From Vicinamibacterales bacterium (GTDB lineage: Bacteria > Acidobacteriota > Vicinamibacteria > Vicinamibacterales > UBA8438), in assembly GCA_965197395.1 (NCBI GenBank), contig CBDANB010000007.1, forward strand, positions 953,355 to 1,017,354: a DNA stretch of 64,000 nucleotides. Direction: 5' to 3'. The notes beneath the pieces were generated by a model. That model did no database searches. It saw only the letters and a list, made by a program, of their open reading frames with translations, and was not told the DNA's origin. This document shows positions 20,420 through 30,919 of the stretch, in pieces. A program made the translations under genes and the position numbers. The stretch's first letter is position 1, and every line of letters starts with the position of its first letter.

Positions 20420-22310
20420 GGGCGTGTTACCGGATATATCCGAGTCGACGGAGGCGATCCGCGATCTCTTCGTCCACAATCGCCTCGTCGTTTCGGCACG
20501 CTCGAGGAAGTCGTAGTCGACGGCGCCGTCCGGGGTGCCGCCGCAGGCGGCCGAACCGAGTAGCGCCACAACAGTCAGCCATCGAGCCACGGTGCCTGGG
20601 CGCCGGGAGGGTACTCGGAGCATCAGATGGAATGACATCGAGCCGCCGTGGCAGTATAGCGCCGGCCTCGGCGTACCCCTGTTCTACCGTTCCCAGAGCG
20701 CCAGCTCGTGAATCGACCAGTACCAGGGCGCGGCCTGTCCCGTCTGCCGGAGTCGGAGCGTGCGCGTCAGGTTGGGCGGCAGCGTCACGTCGATGGCGGG
20801 CGATTCACCGCCGTCGATCACACCCTGCATCAGGGCCGGCAGCCCGCGCAGGCGCGCCAGCTGGCGGTACTCGCCATCGTCCCCGGCAGCTTCGATGAGA
20901 AAGTCCCGTGGATAGTCTCCCAGGCTGCGACTTGCCATCTGCACCCGGACACGACCGATGTCGCTCGGTTCGTCGAACACGCACTCGATCCACTCGTGAC
21001 CGGCTTGTGCCTGCCCGCTCAGCCAGCGCGTGTCCGGGTCACCGTCGAACGCCAGGTCGAGGCGATGATCCATGTGCGAAGCGCGAGCCTCGAACGCGTG
21101 CTCGGCAACGGCCGTGAGCGATGTCTCGTCGAGCGCGACTACGTCCGACGCACCGGTGTCTTCGAGGGTGAACATCGTGGTGGCGCCGAACTCCACGGCC
21201 GCGACAATCTGGTCCGCGCTCCGTCTCACGCCGGCGAGCGTCGCCGCTGCATCTGTTGCGTCGAGATAGCCATCGGCGTGCACGGCGATGTACTTGACAC
21301 CAAGGGCGCGAAGTCCCCGGACAGCGTCCGGTAACTGAGACGGATCCCGCAGAGGCGATGTTGGATGACGCAGATAGTAGACGAGCGGCGTCACGTAGCC
21401 GCTGCGACCGTTGACGATGGGATGTTGATGCTCCAGCGTACGATACATATAGCGCATCGTCGTGGCGGGTTCGTTCGCCCCAAACGGGAGCTCGAGGAGC
21501 GCGCCCGCAGGCCGGCAAGCGCGACCGGCGCGAGCACGACGAGGATGAGCGCCGCCGCCACGGCGAGATCCACGAGTGCAGACAGCCGCGCGCGCCCCGC
21601 CACCAGCAACTCGCAGCCGACGACGACCGCCACGGGGATCACGAAGTAGTAGAGGTAATAGCCGTTCGAGAGACCCTGTAGTAGGAACGCTGCGACGAAC
21701 CCGAGCAGGGCGATGCGCGATCCGGTCCCGAAATAGCGATGTAGCGCCCAGAGCCCGATCGGCATCCAGCCGCTCATCAACACCTGCAGATGCGAGATGT
21801 GGTCCGCCCGGGTCGGGTGAAACGCGAACGCGACGCCGGCGACGACCGCCGCCGGGCGACTGCCGGTCAGCGCGAACGCCAGCAAGTACATCCCACCCCC
21901 CGCCAGTACGTACGACGCGAGGAAGGCGACATTGCAGACCAGCACCGGGTTGCCAACCGCCCATTGCAGCGGCGCGGTGAACACGGCGATCCCAAGCAAG
22001 TGCTCCGAGTAGGCGAGCGCGCTCGAATAAGGGAAGAACACCGGCGCGTCCCAGAGCCCGCGCAGGCCAACGAGCAACCGATCCGCGTCCCAGGCCAGGA
22101 TCCATGCGTTGAGCAGCGAGTCGCCAAGACCGTTCGGGAGCGCTTGCCCGAGATGGCGGATCAGCGGATACGTGGCGACGAGGGTGGCCGCCGTAAACGC
22201 GAGTGTAACCGTCGCAGCTTCGCGAGCCGGCGTCGCGTAGAGGCGCTCCCAGAAACGGGTGGGTCGGGCGCGTGTCGACAAAGCGGGTCTTGAAACAGAG
22301 AGGAGTCGCC

Positions 22311-24314
22311 GTGCGTCCAGCAAAGGCTGGCGCGTTCAGCGGGAGACAGTCCCGCCGGAGCAAGAGCCAGGAGCTCCGTAGCCTGGATGGCAGGGAGGAG
22401 GGAAACCGAGGCTCTGAAGCCCATCGACGACCCACCCATGGGGTGGCAGCGAGTCATCGGGCCGTAACGAATGTGAACGCAGAGGTGGCCCCGAAAGTCA
22501 TGGCCCCGGAGGCCGAGCCCCCGACTATTGGGCGAAGGCAGCATCACGTGTCGCACACTGGCTGACGCGGCACGTGGCTCCGGCGGGGTGGGAGCGACGG
22601 CACGATGACAAGGACGCGTCGAGCAACTGGAGAAGCCCTCCTCGTCCTGTCGCGAAATCGGCAGAGCTAGGTAGGTCGTATAACCGGCAGCCCGGGAAGT
22701 CGACCGAAGACGAGAGGGTGGCGGAGGGGCTTGTAGTAGCACAGAAGCGGGGTAATGCCCGTGGAGCGAAGGAGCCCTGCTGTCTCGGCAGCACCTCCGG
22801 CAACATGGAAGGCAGGGGCGAGATGACGAAGGCGCCCATCACGCTGCAAGACCTGAGACGGAGGATATACGTCAAGGCGAAGGCTGAACCGTCTTGGCGG
22901 TTCTGGGGCCTGTACGCCCACGTCTGCAAAACCGACACGCTCCACGCGGCCTACTCACTGGCCAAAGCGAACAAGGGGGCCCCTGGCAGTGACGGGGTCA
23001 CCTTCGCGGCCATCGAGGCGGACGGGGTGGCAGGGTTTGTTGAGCAGTTGCGGGCCGAACTGGTTACCCGCACGTATCGTCCCATGCGCAATCGACGGAA
23101 GGCGATACCGAAGGACGGCGGCAAGAAGGTCCGCGTGCTGTCGATACCGGCCATCCGCGACCGCGTGGTCCAGGGAGCCCTCAAGCTCATCCTGGAACCT
23201 ATCTTCGAGGCAGATTTCCAACCGGGTTCGTTCGGCTATCGGCCCCAGCGGACGGCGCATGCAGCGGTGCAGCGAGTCGCCCAAGGCATCGTGCAATACA
23301 AGACCCGCGTCATCGACGTGGACCTTGCCGCCTACTTCGACAATGTGCGGCACCACCTGCTCTTGGCGAAGGTGGCTCGACGGGTCAACGACGCGGACGT
23401 GCTGGGCTTGGTGAAGCTGATGCTGAAGGCGTCGGGCAAGAAGGGCGTTCCCCAAGGCGGGGTGATTTCACCCTTGCTCAGCAACCTCTACCTCAACGAG
23501 GTGGACCGGATGCTCGAGCGCGCCAAGGAGGTCACGCGGAACGGGAAGTACACATACCTCGAGTATGCGCGCTTCGCCGATGATCTCGTGATCTTGGTGG
23601 ATGCCTACCGCCGGCATGACTGGTTGCTCACGGCCGTGGACCGACGCCTCCGGGAGGAATTCGCCAACCTCCAGGTCACGATCAACGAGGAGAAGAGTCA
23701 GACCATCGACTTGGCCCGTGGGGACAGCTTCGGATTCCTCGGCTTCGCGTTCCGTCGGGTTCGCAGCCGTACTGGCACGTGGCGAGCGCATTACACGCCG
23801 CGGGTGAAAGCCCGTACAGCGCTCCTGCGTAAGCTGAAGGACATCTTCCGACGCCATCGGTCCCAGCCCATCGACCGTGTGGTGACTCTCATCAACCCGG
23901 TTCTACGGGGATGGGTCACCTACTTCGCCGTCGGGCACTCGAGCCGGTGCTTCTCGTTTGTGAAAAGCTGGGTGGAGAAGAAGGTTCGGCGTCATTTGAT
24001 GCGTGCCCGGAACCGCCAGGGTTTTGGGTGGCACCGGTGGAGTCGGCGGTGGGTGTATGACGTGCTCGGTCTGTTCAACGCGTACCGAGTCCGTCGTGTG
24101 GTCCCCCCGCTGACAGCGGGTGCCACTCGATAGGTCCCATAGCCCTTGACGGGAAGCCGGCAGGTAAGCGGAGTGCGGGAAATCCGCACGCTCCGTTTGA
24201 CGAGGCGGGGCCTGGAAACGGAGCCACGGATGACCCTATGCGGGCACGAAGGGGGAAACCCCGGACACAGCCAAGGGGAGTCCTACGGGCCACCGCGCCA
24301 GGCCTCGACCCTAC
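22311..24314 (+). mobile_element. Group II intron, inserted antisense to the host gene
   Basis: 5' GTGCG; domain V AAGCGGAGTGCGGGAAATCCGCACGCTCCGTTT; ends GACCCTAC; excision restores the flanking frame. Confidence 0.92.
22823..24133 (+). CDS. ltrA: Group II intron reverse transcriptase/maturase, no endonuclease domain
   Basis: GAPGSDG, IRDRVVQ, GVPQGGVISPLLSNLYL, YARFADD, X domain LINPVLRGWVTYF. Confidence 0.93.
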   Translation: MTKAPITLQDLRRRIYVKAKAEPSWRFWGLYAHVCKTDTLHAAYSLAKANKGAPGSDGVTFAAIEADGVAGFVEQLRAELVTRTYRPMRNRRKAIPKDGGKKVRVLSIPAIRDRVVQGALKLILEPIFEADFQPGSFGYRPQRTAHAAVQRVAQGIVQYKTRVIDVDLAAYFDNVRHHLLLAKVARRVNDADVLGLVKLMLKASGKKGVPQGGVISPLLSNLYLNEVDRMLERAKEVTRNGKYTYLEYARFADDLVILVDAYRRHDWLLTAVDRRLREEFANLQVTINEEKSQTIDLARGDSFGFLGFAFRRVRSRTGTWRAHYTPRVKARTALLRKLKDIFRRHRSQPIDRVVTLINPVLRGWVTYFAVGHSSRCFSFVKSWVEKKVRRHLMRARNRQGFGWHRWSRRWVYDVLGLFNAYRVRRVVPPLTAGATR

Positions 24315-24467
24315 CAAGGCTACTACAGGCCGCCACACGCATCCAGACGGCCCGCGCGCTCGTCGACGGTCGTGCCGGGAGACGGCGACTGGGCTCCTGG
24401 CTCCCGTGTGGGCCGAGCGGCGGGCCGAGACCGCAAGGGCTAAGATGGTCAGAGGGCATTTGCGACT

Positions 24468-26840
24468 ATGACCGCGGACCAGCGCGCAGCGCGCCGACCA
24501 CAGGTGCGACCGGCGATGCCCCGGTGGTACGTACCGGTGTTGGTGGCGCTCATCGGGGCCATCGGCTCGGCCTGGGGTTTCGCCGGGGCCCGGAACGTTG
24601 AGGGTGAACAGCTCCAGCTGGATCTGGAGCGTCGTGCCCGGAACGTCGTGAGCGCCGTGCGCGATGGTGTGGCGCACAACCTCCGGTTGCTGGAGACGAT
24701 GTCGGCGTTCGTCTCACAGGATGGCGGCGAGGGCGACGAGGCGGCGCCACCCCCCGGCGACGTGGCCTACTGGCTGGGACAGATCGAGCCGTACCGGAGC
24801 GCCATGGGGTCGTTCAGGTTGTGGGTCGACGCGACGCTCCCGCAGTACCCCGGCACGCGCGCGCTGGGGTGGGTCTCGACCGTGGTCGACAGTGGGCGGT
24901 TCGCCTACGAGCTGTTCGCACGCGCGGTTGTGGATGGTGAATATCGCGTCCGAGAACGTGGTCCCGACGGCGAGGTGGGGGCGGCGCGCGCCCGCAGCGA
25001 CTACCTCCCGGTGTTCGCCATCGAGCCCCGCGCACGGTACGCGACCAGCGTGGGGCTCGATCTCACCGCGGATCCGGCGACACGCGAGCCGTTGCTGGCG
25101 GCGTGCGCGTCGGGCGAGCCGGAGGCCGCGCAGACTGACCGCTTCTTTGGTCCGCGGAGCGCACCGGTATTCCTCGTGTTCCGCCCCCTTCGTCCTGGTC
25201 TGCCCGCTGGGACCCGCGACGCCACATGTGCGGACCGCGGCGCGGTCGCCTTCGGCGCGTTTAGCCTGCCGGACATCATCGCAGACTCGTTTGCGGGGCT
25301 ACAGGATCAGGCCGTCGAGGTCCGCGTCCACGCGGCCGCCGCCGCGGTGCCCGGCCTGCTCTACGAGAGCGGCGGACAAGGGGCCGCGCCAACGGCGCCA
25401 GGACAGGCGCACTGGGAGACCACGATTCGCGTGGCCGGCGTACCGTTGGTCTTCGACTTCGTCCCCACGATGGCATTGAGCGCGCTCCATCAGACCTGGC
25501 AGCCGTGGGCGGTGCTCTTGGCCGGGCTGCTGTTCACGGGCGTCGCGGTCGCGCTTCTTCTCCAGGCCGAGAGCCGGCAGGCACAGATCGAACGCGTCGT
25601 CGCCGAGCGCACGGGACAGCTCGTTGCCGCCAATCGCGCGCTCGAGTCGGAGACGCGCCGCAAGGCGGAGCTCGAGGCGCAACTCCGGCACACACTCAAA
25701 ATGGAGGCGGTGGGCACGCTCGCCGGCGGCATCGCCCATGACTTCAACAACGTGCTGACGCCGATCATCGGGTCGTGCGACCTTCTCAAGATGGAATCGG
25801 TGCCCGGTGATTCGGTCTACGCGTATGCGGACCAGATCGAGGCGTCGGCGCAGCGTGCGGCGCAGCTCACGAAGCAGCTCCTGGGGTTTGCGCGCAAAGG
25901 CAAGCTGCAGCACACACACGTGGGGGTCGACGCGACGCTGCGCGAGGTGTTGAGCTTTCTCGGCCGAACCACGCACAAGAACATCTCGATCGCGCATAGC
26001 CTACGGGTCGCGGACGTGTCGGTACTTGGCGACCCGGACCAGATCCAGCAGGTCATCCTGAATCTTGCAGTCAACGCGTGTGACGCGATGCCCGGCGGTG
26101 GCGAGTTGCGGTTCACGACCGATGTCGTCAGGCTGACCGAATCCGAAGCGCGGCTCGACGCGGACGCTGAGCCAGGCTCCTATGTACGGCTCGCGGTGGC
26201 CGATACGGGGGCGGGGATCCCGACGTCCATCAAGGACCGTGTCTTCGAGCCCTTCTTCACCACGAAGGGCGACGGAAAAGGTAGCGGCATGGGGCTGGCG
26301 ATGGTCTACGGCATTGTCAGAAACCACAGCGGCTTCGTCCAGCTCATCTCGCGGGACGGGCGCGGCACGACATTCATCGTCTATCTGCCCGTCGCTGCCG
26401 AGCATGCCGAGGTCCACGCCCTCCCCGGCGCGTCCGACGGCCTCGTCGCCGGTTCTGGGCGGGTCCTCGTCGTCGATGACGAGGAACCGGTCCGTCAGGC
26501 GGCCTCCGCTGTGCTGCGACGTCTTGGATACGACGTCGTGACGGTGCCGAGCGGCGCGACGGCTGTGGCCTACTGCTCAACGCAGCCCGACGATGTCGAC
26601 GTCGTGCTCCTCGACATGGTGATGCCGGAGATGGACGGTAACGAGTGTTTTCACGCCCTCCGCCGAATCTCCCCCGACCTTCGCGTCGTATTGTGCTCTG
26701 GCTATGGGCATGACACGGCCGCCCAACGCCTGCTCGATGCCGGCGCCGTCGCCTTCGTGCACAAGCCGTATCGCGCCGTCGAGCTGTCCGTGGCCTTGGC
26801 GGCGAGCCATGCCGCGGCGCCTAAGTTTGCTCGCGCCTGA
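24468..26840 (+). CDS. CHASE-domain hybrid histidine kinase/response regulator
   Basis: TM-CHASE-TM; GGIAHDFNN, NLAVNACDAM, GSGMGL; receiver LLDMVMPEMDG. Confidence 0.9.
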   Translation: MTADQRAARRPQVRPAMPRWYVPVLVALIGAIGSAWGFAGARNVEGEQLQLDLERRARNVVSAVRDGVAHNLRLLETMSAFVSQDGGEGDEAAPPPGDVAYWLGQIEPYRSAMGSFRLWVDATLPQYPGTRALGWVSTVVDSGRFAYELFARAVVDGEYRVRERGPDGEVGAARARSDYLPVFAIEPRARYATSVGLDLTADPATREPLLAACASGEPEAAQTDRFFGPRSAPVFLVFRPLRPGLPAGTRDATCADRGAVAFGAFSLPDIIADSFAGLQDQAVEVRVHAAAAAVPGLLYESGGQGAAPTAPGQAHWETTIRVAGVPLVFDFVPTMALSALHQTWQPWAVLLAGLLFTGVAVALLLQAESRQAQIERVVAERTGQLVAANRALESETRRKAELEAQLRHTLKMEAVGTLAGGIAHDFNNVLTPIIGSCDLLKMESVPGDSVYAYADQIEASAQRAAQLTKQLLGFARKGKLQHTHVGVDATLREVLSFLGRTTHKNISIAHSLRVADVSVLGDPDQIQQVILNLAVNACDAMPGGGELRFTTDVVRLTESEARLDADAEPGSYVRLAVADTGAGIPTSIKDRVFEPFFTTKGDGKGSGMGLAMVYGIVRNHSGFVQLISRDGRGTTFIVYLPVAAEHAEVHALPGASDGLVAGSGRVLVVDDEEPVRQAASAVLRRLGYDVVTVPSGATAVAYCSTQPDDVDVVLLDMVMPEMDGNECFHALRRISPDLRVVLCSGYGHDTAAQRLLDAGAVAFVHKPYRAVELSVALAASHAAAPKFARA

Positions 26841-26861
26841 ACCCACGCGGCGGCGCGACGG

Positions 26862-28865
26862 CTACGACGTTGGCTGCCGCACGAGTCGGATGGTCGCGAC
26901 GCGGACGGCGAGGCGGCGGGGGTCGGTCGAGAGGCCGAGGCTCGCGGGCGCCACGGCATAGCCGTACCGGAGCCGCAGCTGGTTCAGGTTCGGGCGCAGC
27001 GTGTGTGACGGCACGTCGACGCGATAGGTGTGCATGCCTTCGCGCAGGGTCAGCGTCGCCACCTGGAGGTCGTTCACGTGGACCTCGACCGTTTGCGGCG
27101 GGAATCCCGGCACGGCAAACGGCCCACACTCGAGCTCCAACACGTAGTCATCCGCGTTCGTCTTCAGTGGGACCAACACGGTCGAGGTGTCGGCGTCGGC
27201 CCAGCGAAACGTGAAGCGGGGATGCTGCTCCCGGATTGACCAGCCGTGCCCGAGGAATCGGTCATCTTCCGCCCCGCCGACGTCGATCGCCAGGGTGTCG
27301 TAGGTCCGCCCCCGGATCCGGTCATAGACCGGCAACCCGACGTCGTACCGCCAGGCCACATAAGCGCTGGCCGGGAGCGAGAAGGGGTTGCCGAGACGCT
27401 CGTAGAACTCCTCGACCACCCGGATGAACGTCACGCCTTCGACTGGTGTCAAGGCACTGCTCCGGTAGCCGACCATGAACACCGTGTTGAACGCGAGGAG
27501 TGCGAACATCGCCATGACCGGCGCCACGAGGGGGCGCCGCTGGAGCGTGGCGAGCAGACCGGCGAGTCCCATGGCGAAGACGAGCGCGCAGCTCGCGAAG
27601 CGCCTCGCGCCGAACCCCGCGCCGCCCCACCAGATCTCGACCGCCCCATTGACCCACAGCTGGCCAACGAAGCCGGAGCCTAGCACCACGGCCACCCGCC
27701 ACTGCCGCCGTGCGAAGAGCAGGAGACCAACCAGCGCCGCGATGACGACCGGGCTCCACGACAGTAGCCCTCGATTCGCGGAAAAGAGCACGTCGGTCAC
27801 GTAGGGCGGGACCCATGACGGCTCGAACGCGTGTTCGCGAACGGGCACGTAGGTCCACGTCCCGTACACGGCCTTCCAGAAGACGAGTTGCGGGGAGAAC
27901 GCCGCGAACGCCGCGACGTCGCCACTGCTGGCGCGGAGGCGATCGCGCACGCTCGGTCCTCGCGACGCCCACGCGGACCACAGCAGATCGCCGACGGGCA
28001 GCACGAGAAAGAGGGCGTTCTGCCACCGGACGGTCGCCATCAGCCCGGCGGCGGCGCCCAGCCACACCCACCCTGCCCGCGTCAGGCGGCCCCGAGACCG
28101 ATGCCAGAGGAAGAGGAACAGGGTGGTCGCGAACATCGACACCCCGTGGACCATCGAATTCTCGACCGTGAGATACCAGATGAGAAATGAGGTGCCGCAC
28201 AGCCCGAGCGTCGACAGGCAGGCCAGGCCCTTCGGGAAGTAGCTGCGCACCACACGATAGACGAGCACGAGTCCGACAAAGCCGTAGAGCAGCGTCGCGA
28301 GACCGATCGCGCGTTGATAGGGCAGGGCGTAGCCGTCGACGGCGAGATCCGCGCCCAGCAGGTTGGCCGCGATGAGCCACAGGTGCGCGAGAAGGAAGAA
28401 GGGGCTCCAGAGCAGCGGCGCGCCGAACGCGTATTGCCGCGCCGCATGTGAACCGAACGCCTCCGCCTCGTTCGTGAACTCCAGATCCCCGTCCATGACC
28501 AGCGACCGGACCTGCACGAAGTACGAGCGCCCGTCGGACGCAACGCCGTCGAAGCCGACGTGAAAGAGCGCGAGCAGCAAGAGCAGGAACGCGATGAACG
28601 CGATGCCGATGCCGTCCAGGCGCGACGCATGGAGCATCAAGGCACGCCGGGCGGGCGGCGCGACGCGCCGCGCCAGCGCCCGGCCGGCGAGCACACAGGC
28701 CAGGATCCCGAAGAGGCCACCCCCGAGCAACCCGAGCCGGTCGCGGTAGAGCCACAGGATCGTGACGTGCCAGACGGTCAGGCAGGCGGCGGCGAGCAGG
28801 GTAACGTTGACGATCCAGGCGCCACGCACCCAAGGCGAGGTTGTGGCTTCGTTCGACGCGGCCAA
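26862..28865 (-). CDS. GT-C/ArnT-like membrane glycosyltransferase
   Basis: SDGRSYFVQVRSLVMDGDL, many TM helices, WWGGAGFGARRF. Confidence 0.7.
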   Translation of the reverse strand: MAASNEATTSPWVRGAWIVNVTLLAAACLTVWHVTILWLYRDRLGLLGGGLFGILACVLAGRALARRVAPPARRALMLHASRLDGIGIAFIAFLLLLLALFHVGFDGVASDGRSYFVQVRSLVMDGDLEFTNEAEAFGSHAARQYAFGAPLLWSPFFLLAHLWLIAANLLGADLAVDGYALPYQRAIGLATLLYGFVGLVLVYRVVRSYFPKGLACLSTLGLCGTSFLIWYLTVENSMVHGVSMFATTLFLFLWHRSRGRLTRAGWVWLGAAAGLMATVRWQNALFLVLPVGDLLWSAWASRGPSVRDRLRASSGDVAAFAAFSPQLVFWKAVYGTWTYVPVREHAFEPSWVPPYVTDVLFSANRGLLSWSPVVIAALVGLLLFARRQWRVAVVLGSGFVGQLWVNGAVEIWWGGAGFGARRFASCALVFAMGLAGLLATLQRRPLVAPVMAMFALLAFNTVFMVGYRSSALTPVEGVTFIRVVEEFYERLGNPFSLPASAYVAWRYDVGLPVYDRIRGRTYDTLAIDVGGAEDDRFLGHGWSIREQHPRFTFRWADADTSTVLVPLKTNADDYVLELECGPFAVPGFPPQTVEVHVNDLQVATLTLREGMHTYRVDVPSHTLRPNLNQLRLRYGYAVAPASLGLSTDPRRLAVRVATIRLVRQPTS

Positions 28866-28969
28866 GGTGGGCTCATCTTGATGTTGTGCGGTCCGCGCGT
28901 CAACCGGTGCGCTGACGTTGACCGCGATTGGGTGGAGGCTGGAGGGCGCCGTAGCCGGGCGCCGCTGCG

Positions 28970-29031
28970 CTAGCGCTCGCGATAGGTGATCAGGCCGCGG
29001 CTAGCGCTCGCGATAGGTGATCAGGCCGCGG
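28970..29031. repeat. Exact 31-bp tandem duplication of the infA 3' end
   Basis: CTAGCGCTCGCGATAGGTGATCAGGCCGCGG twice. Confidence 0.9.
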
Positions 29032-29219
29032 GTCGGGTCGTAGGGTGACACGCCGACCTTCACGCGGTCGCCCGGGACGACCTTGATCCGGAATCGGCGC
29101 ATCCGACCGCTGAGCTGCGCGAGCACCTCGTGGCCGGTGTCGGATTCGACCCGATACAGGCCGCCGCTGTGCACGGCGGTGACCAGGCCCTGGATGTCGA
29201 TGAGATCGTCTTTCGCCAC
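29001..29219 (-). CDS. infA: Translation initiation factor IF-1
   Basis: AKDDLIDIQG..LSGRMRRFRIKVVPGDRVKVGVSPYDPTRGLITYR. Confidence 0.95.
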   Translation of the reverse strand: MAKDDLIDIQGLVTAVHSGGLYRVESDTGHEVLAQLSGRMRRFRIKVVPGDRVKVGVSPYDPTRGLITYRER

Positions 29220-29312
29220 GTGCGCTCGCTCCGGACCTGAATCATACCAGCTTCACGCGAGCGTCGGACTGGCCCGCCAGTTGACGCCGTGACCGTCAAG
29301 GTGAGCGAAGGC

Positions 29313-29333
29313 TGGTGCGGAAGGGGGGATTCG
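29313..29333 (-). other. tRNA 3'-end fragment, probable att site of the island
   Basis: Minus strand CGAATCCCCCCTTCCGCACCA (T-arm half, acceptor strand, CCA; Leu-like by inference); no complete tRNA in window. Confidence 0.75.
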
Positions 29334-29460
29334 GCAGGATGAGTGTTGCCGAGTGTCGTGTCGTGCCGTTTCAGGCCGTTTTTTTGGGGTTCCCCGCGAT
29401 TCTCCGTGTTGTCCAGTCCGGCTGACGCTGCCTTGTGGTGCGGAGTTCGTTAGCTTTTGG

Positions 29461-29921
29461 GGTTCCTCACACAAATGTATGCACGATTCTGGAATGATCT
29501 CGCCGATCACGCGTCGGCCTCAAGATGAGGAATAGGCCAGAAACCAGCCGGATTCAGGGGCTTCCATAGCTGAATCGACCGCCGCCTGCGCGGGCCCCGC
29601 TTTTGGTGGGGGGCCTGCTCGGCGGCAGCCTGTTCCGACGTAAGATGCTGATACGAAGATGTTTACGCCGTGACGATCATGCAGCCAGGTGAAACTCGCG
29701 GCTGACTCGCCCCGATGGCCATCGCGCGCCCGGAGCTTTCCCTCCACCGCCTCGAAAGCTGGCGGCCTGGTACCACGCGCCCTCAAGTGCAGCCGGCGGT
29801 CCAGGCCCCCGCATCCACGTCTTAGATACCGGGTCATTGCTGACTCTCGCAAGTGGCTGATTCTACACAGTTTAAACGCTGAGAGGACTTACTCTCCTTG
29901 CATACATTCGTGAGAGGAACC
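29461..29921 (-). mobile_element. MITE-A' (461 bp), diverged relative of MITE-A
   Basis: Ends GGTTCCTCACACAAATG / TGAGAGGAACC; 8-bp duplication GCTTTTGG. Confidence 0.9.
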
Positions 29922-30919
29922 GCTTTTGGTTAGCTGTTTGAGCATGCCGAGCCAGGATCTGTTGTTCGACGGGAACGACTAAGCCGACCTGCACCGGCGA
30001 TGGTGAACCGTGAAACCGAAGCGTTCAGATCCAGTTTGTGAAACGCGTTTGTTGCTTCCACATTCTAGCCGTTCGACTGGTTGCACTGGCACTCTGCACC
30101 TCTGCTTCGATAACGCCGACCGCAACTACACTTGCTGATACGGACTGCCAGAAGTGAAGGGCGGGCTCCCAGGCTGACATCTCTCCATCAGTTGTCCCCG
30201 ACTCGTCTCGACCGGGCGAGGCACGGAACAGAACGTTAAGAGCGTGAATCAGACGGGTGCCTGCCCGGTGCAATTCGGCCGCGTGTGCGGTGAAGTCCTC
30301 AAGGGAGCGCTCCCTCTGGAGACGCTTCGTCGGCCGTTCGCTCGCGTCCGACAGTTGTCGCGTCAGGGAGACTCCGACGTTGTCTATTTCCCACAGTATG
30401 TACGCGGGTATTTGCAGGCGCCCGAACGGGGACGCCATCAGAAACTCCGAGTACCAGGCTGTCCATTTCTCCAATATCTGCGCAGGACTCAGCTGTTGGT
30501 CGCGGGAAACATCGATCTTTTCCCGCGTGTACCGAGTGAAGTCGTCCAGCTGTGAGGCGCCCCAATAGCAGAAGAGTCCTGGCAAGCCTGACCTAAACTT
30601 TCGATAGAACGCGTCGCGAGAGATGTGAGCCAATCGCAGGAAATGAACGACGGTTACGTCTCGAAGCGATTGCTCTTGAAGGACGGCGTTCAACACAGAT
30701 GCCAACTCACGTCGGGCTCTGTCGTGGGTGAGTCGTCTCTCTCGCAAAGTCGCACTAAGATCTTCTTCCTGGATGTTCAGAGCGACGCCGCGTCTCCCAT
30801 ATAGGCGAAGAAGCTGCTTAGTTGGGTTGTCCGGTTCGCGCGTGCGACTCGTGTCAAGCAGACGGGGGTGTTTCGCTTGAACGTACTCGAGGGTCGTCTT
30901 CACGTACTCGCGCCGCAAT

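Larger units (their letters stand above)
20684..24342 (-). pseudogene. Multi-TM GT-C-like membrane protein with C-terminal discoidin-like domain; internal deletion and intron insertion
   Basis: GDSLLNAWILAW..LAYSEHLLG; frame break near 21505; AFDGDPDTRW; removing the intron joins MRVAACSSLG-RLLSVSRP in frame. Confidence 0.75.

Noticed and set aside
17729-20563. Long antisense ORFs (also 2701-4104, 43608-44873, 52234-53904, 57401-58735)
   Set aside because: Shadow frames of real high-GC genes, with no recognisable motifs
29313-29333. tRNA gene
   Set aside because: Only the last 21 nt are present; no D or anticodon arm
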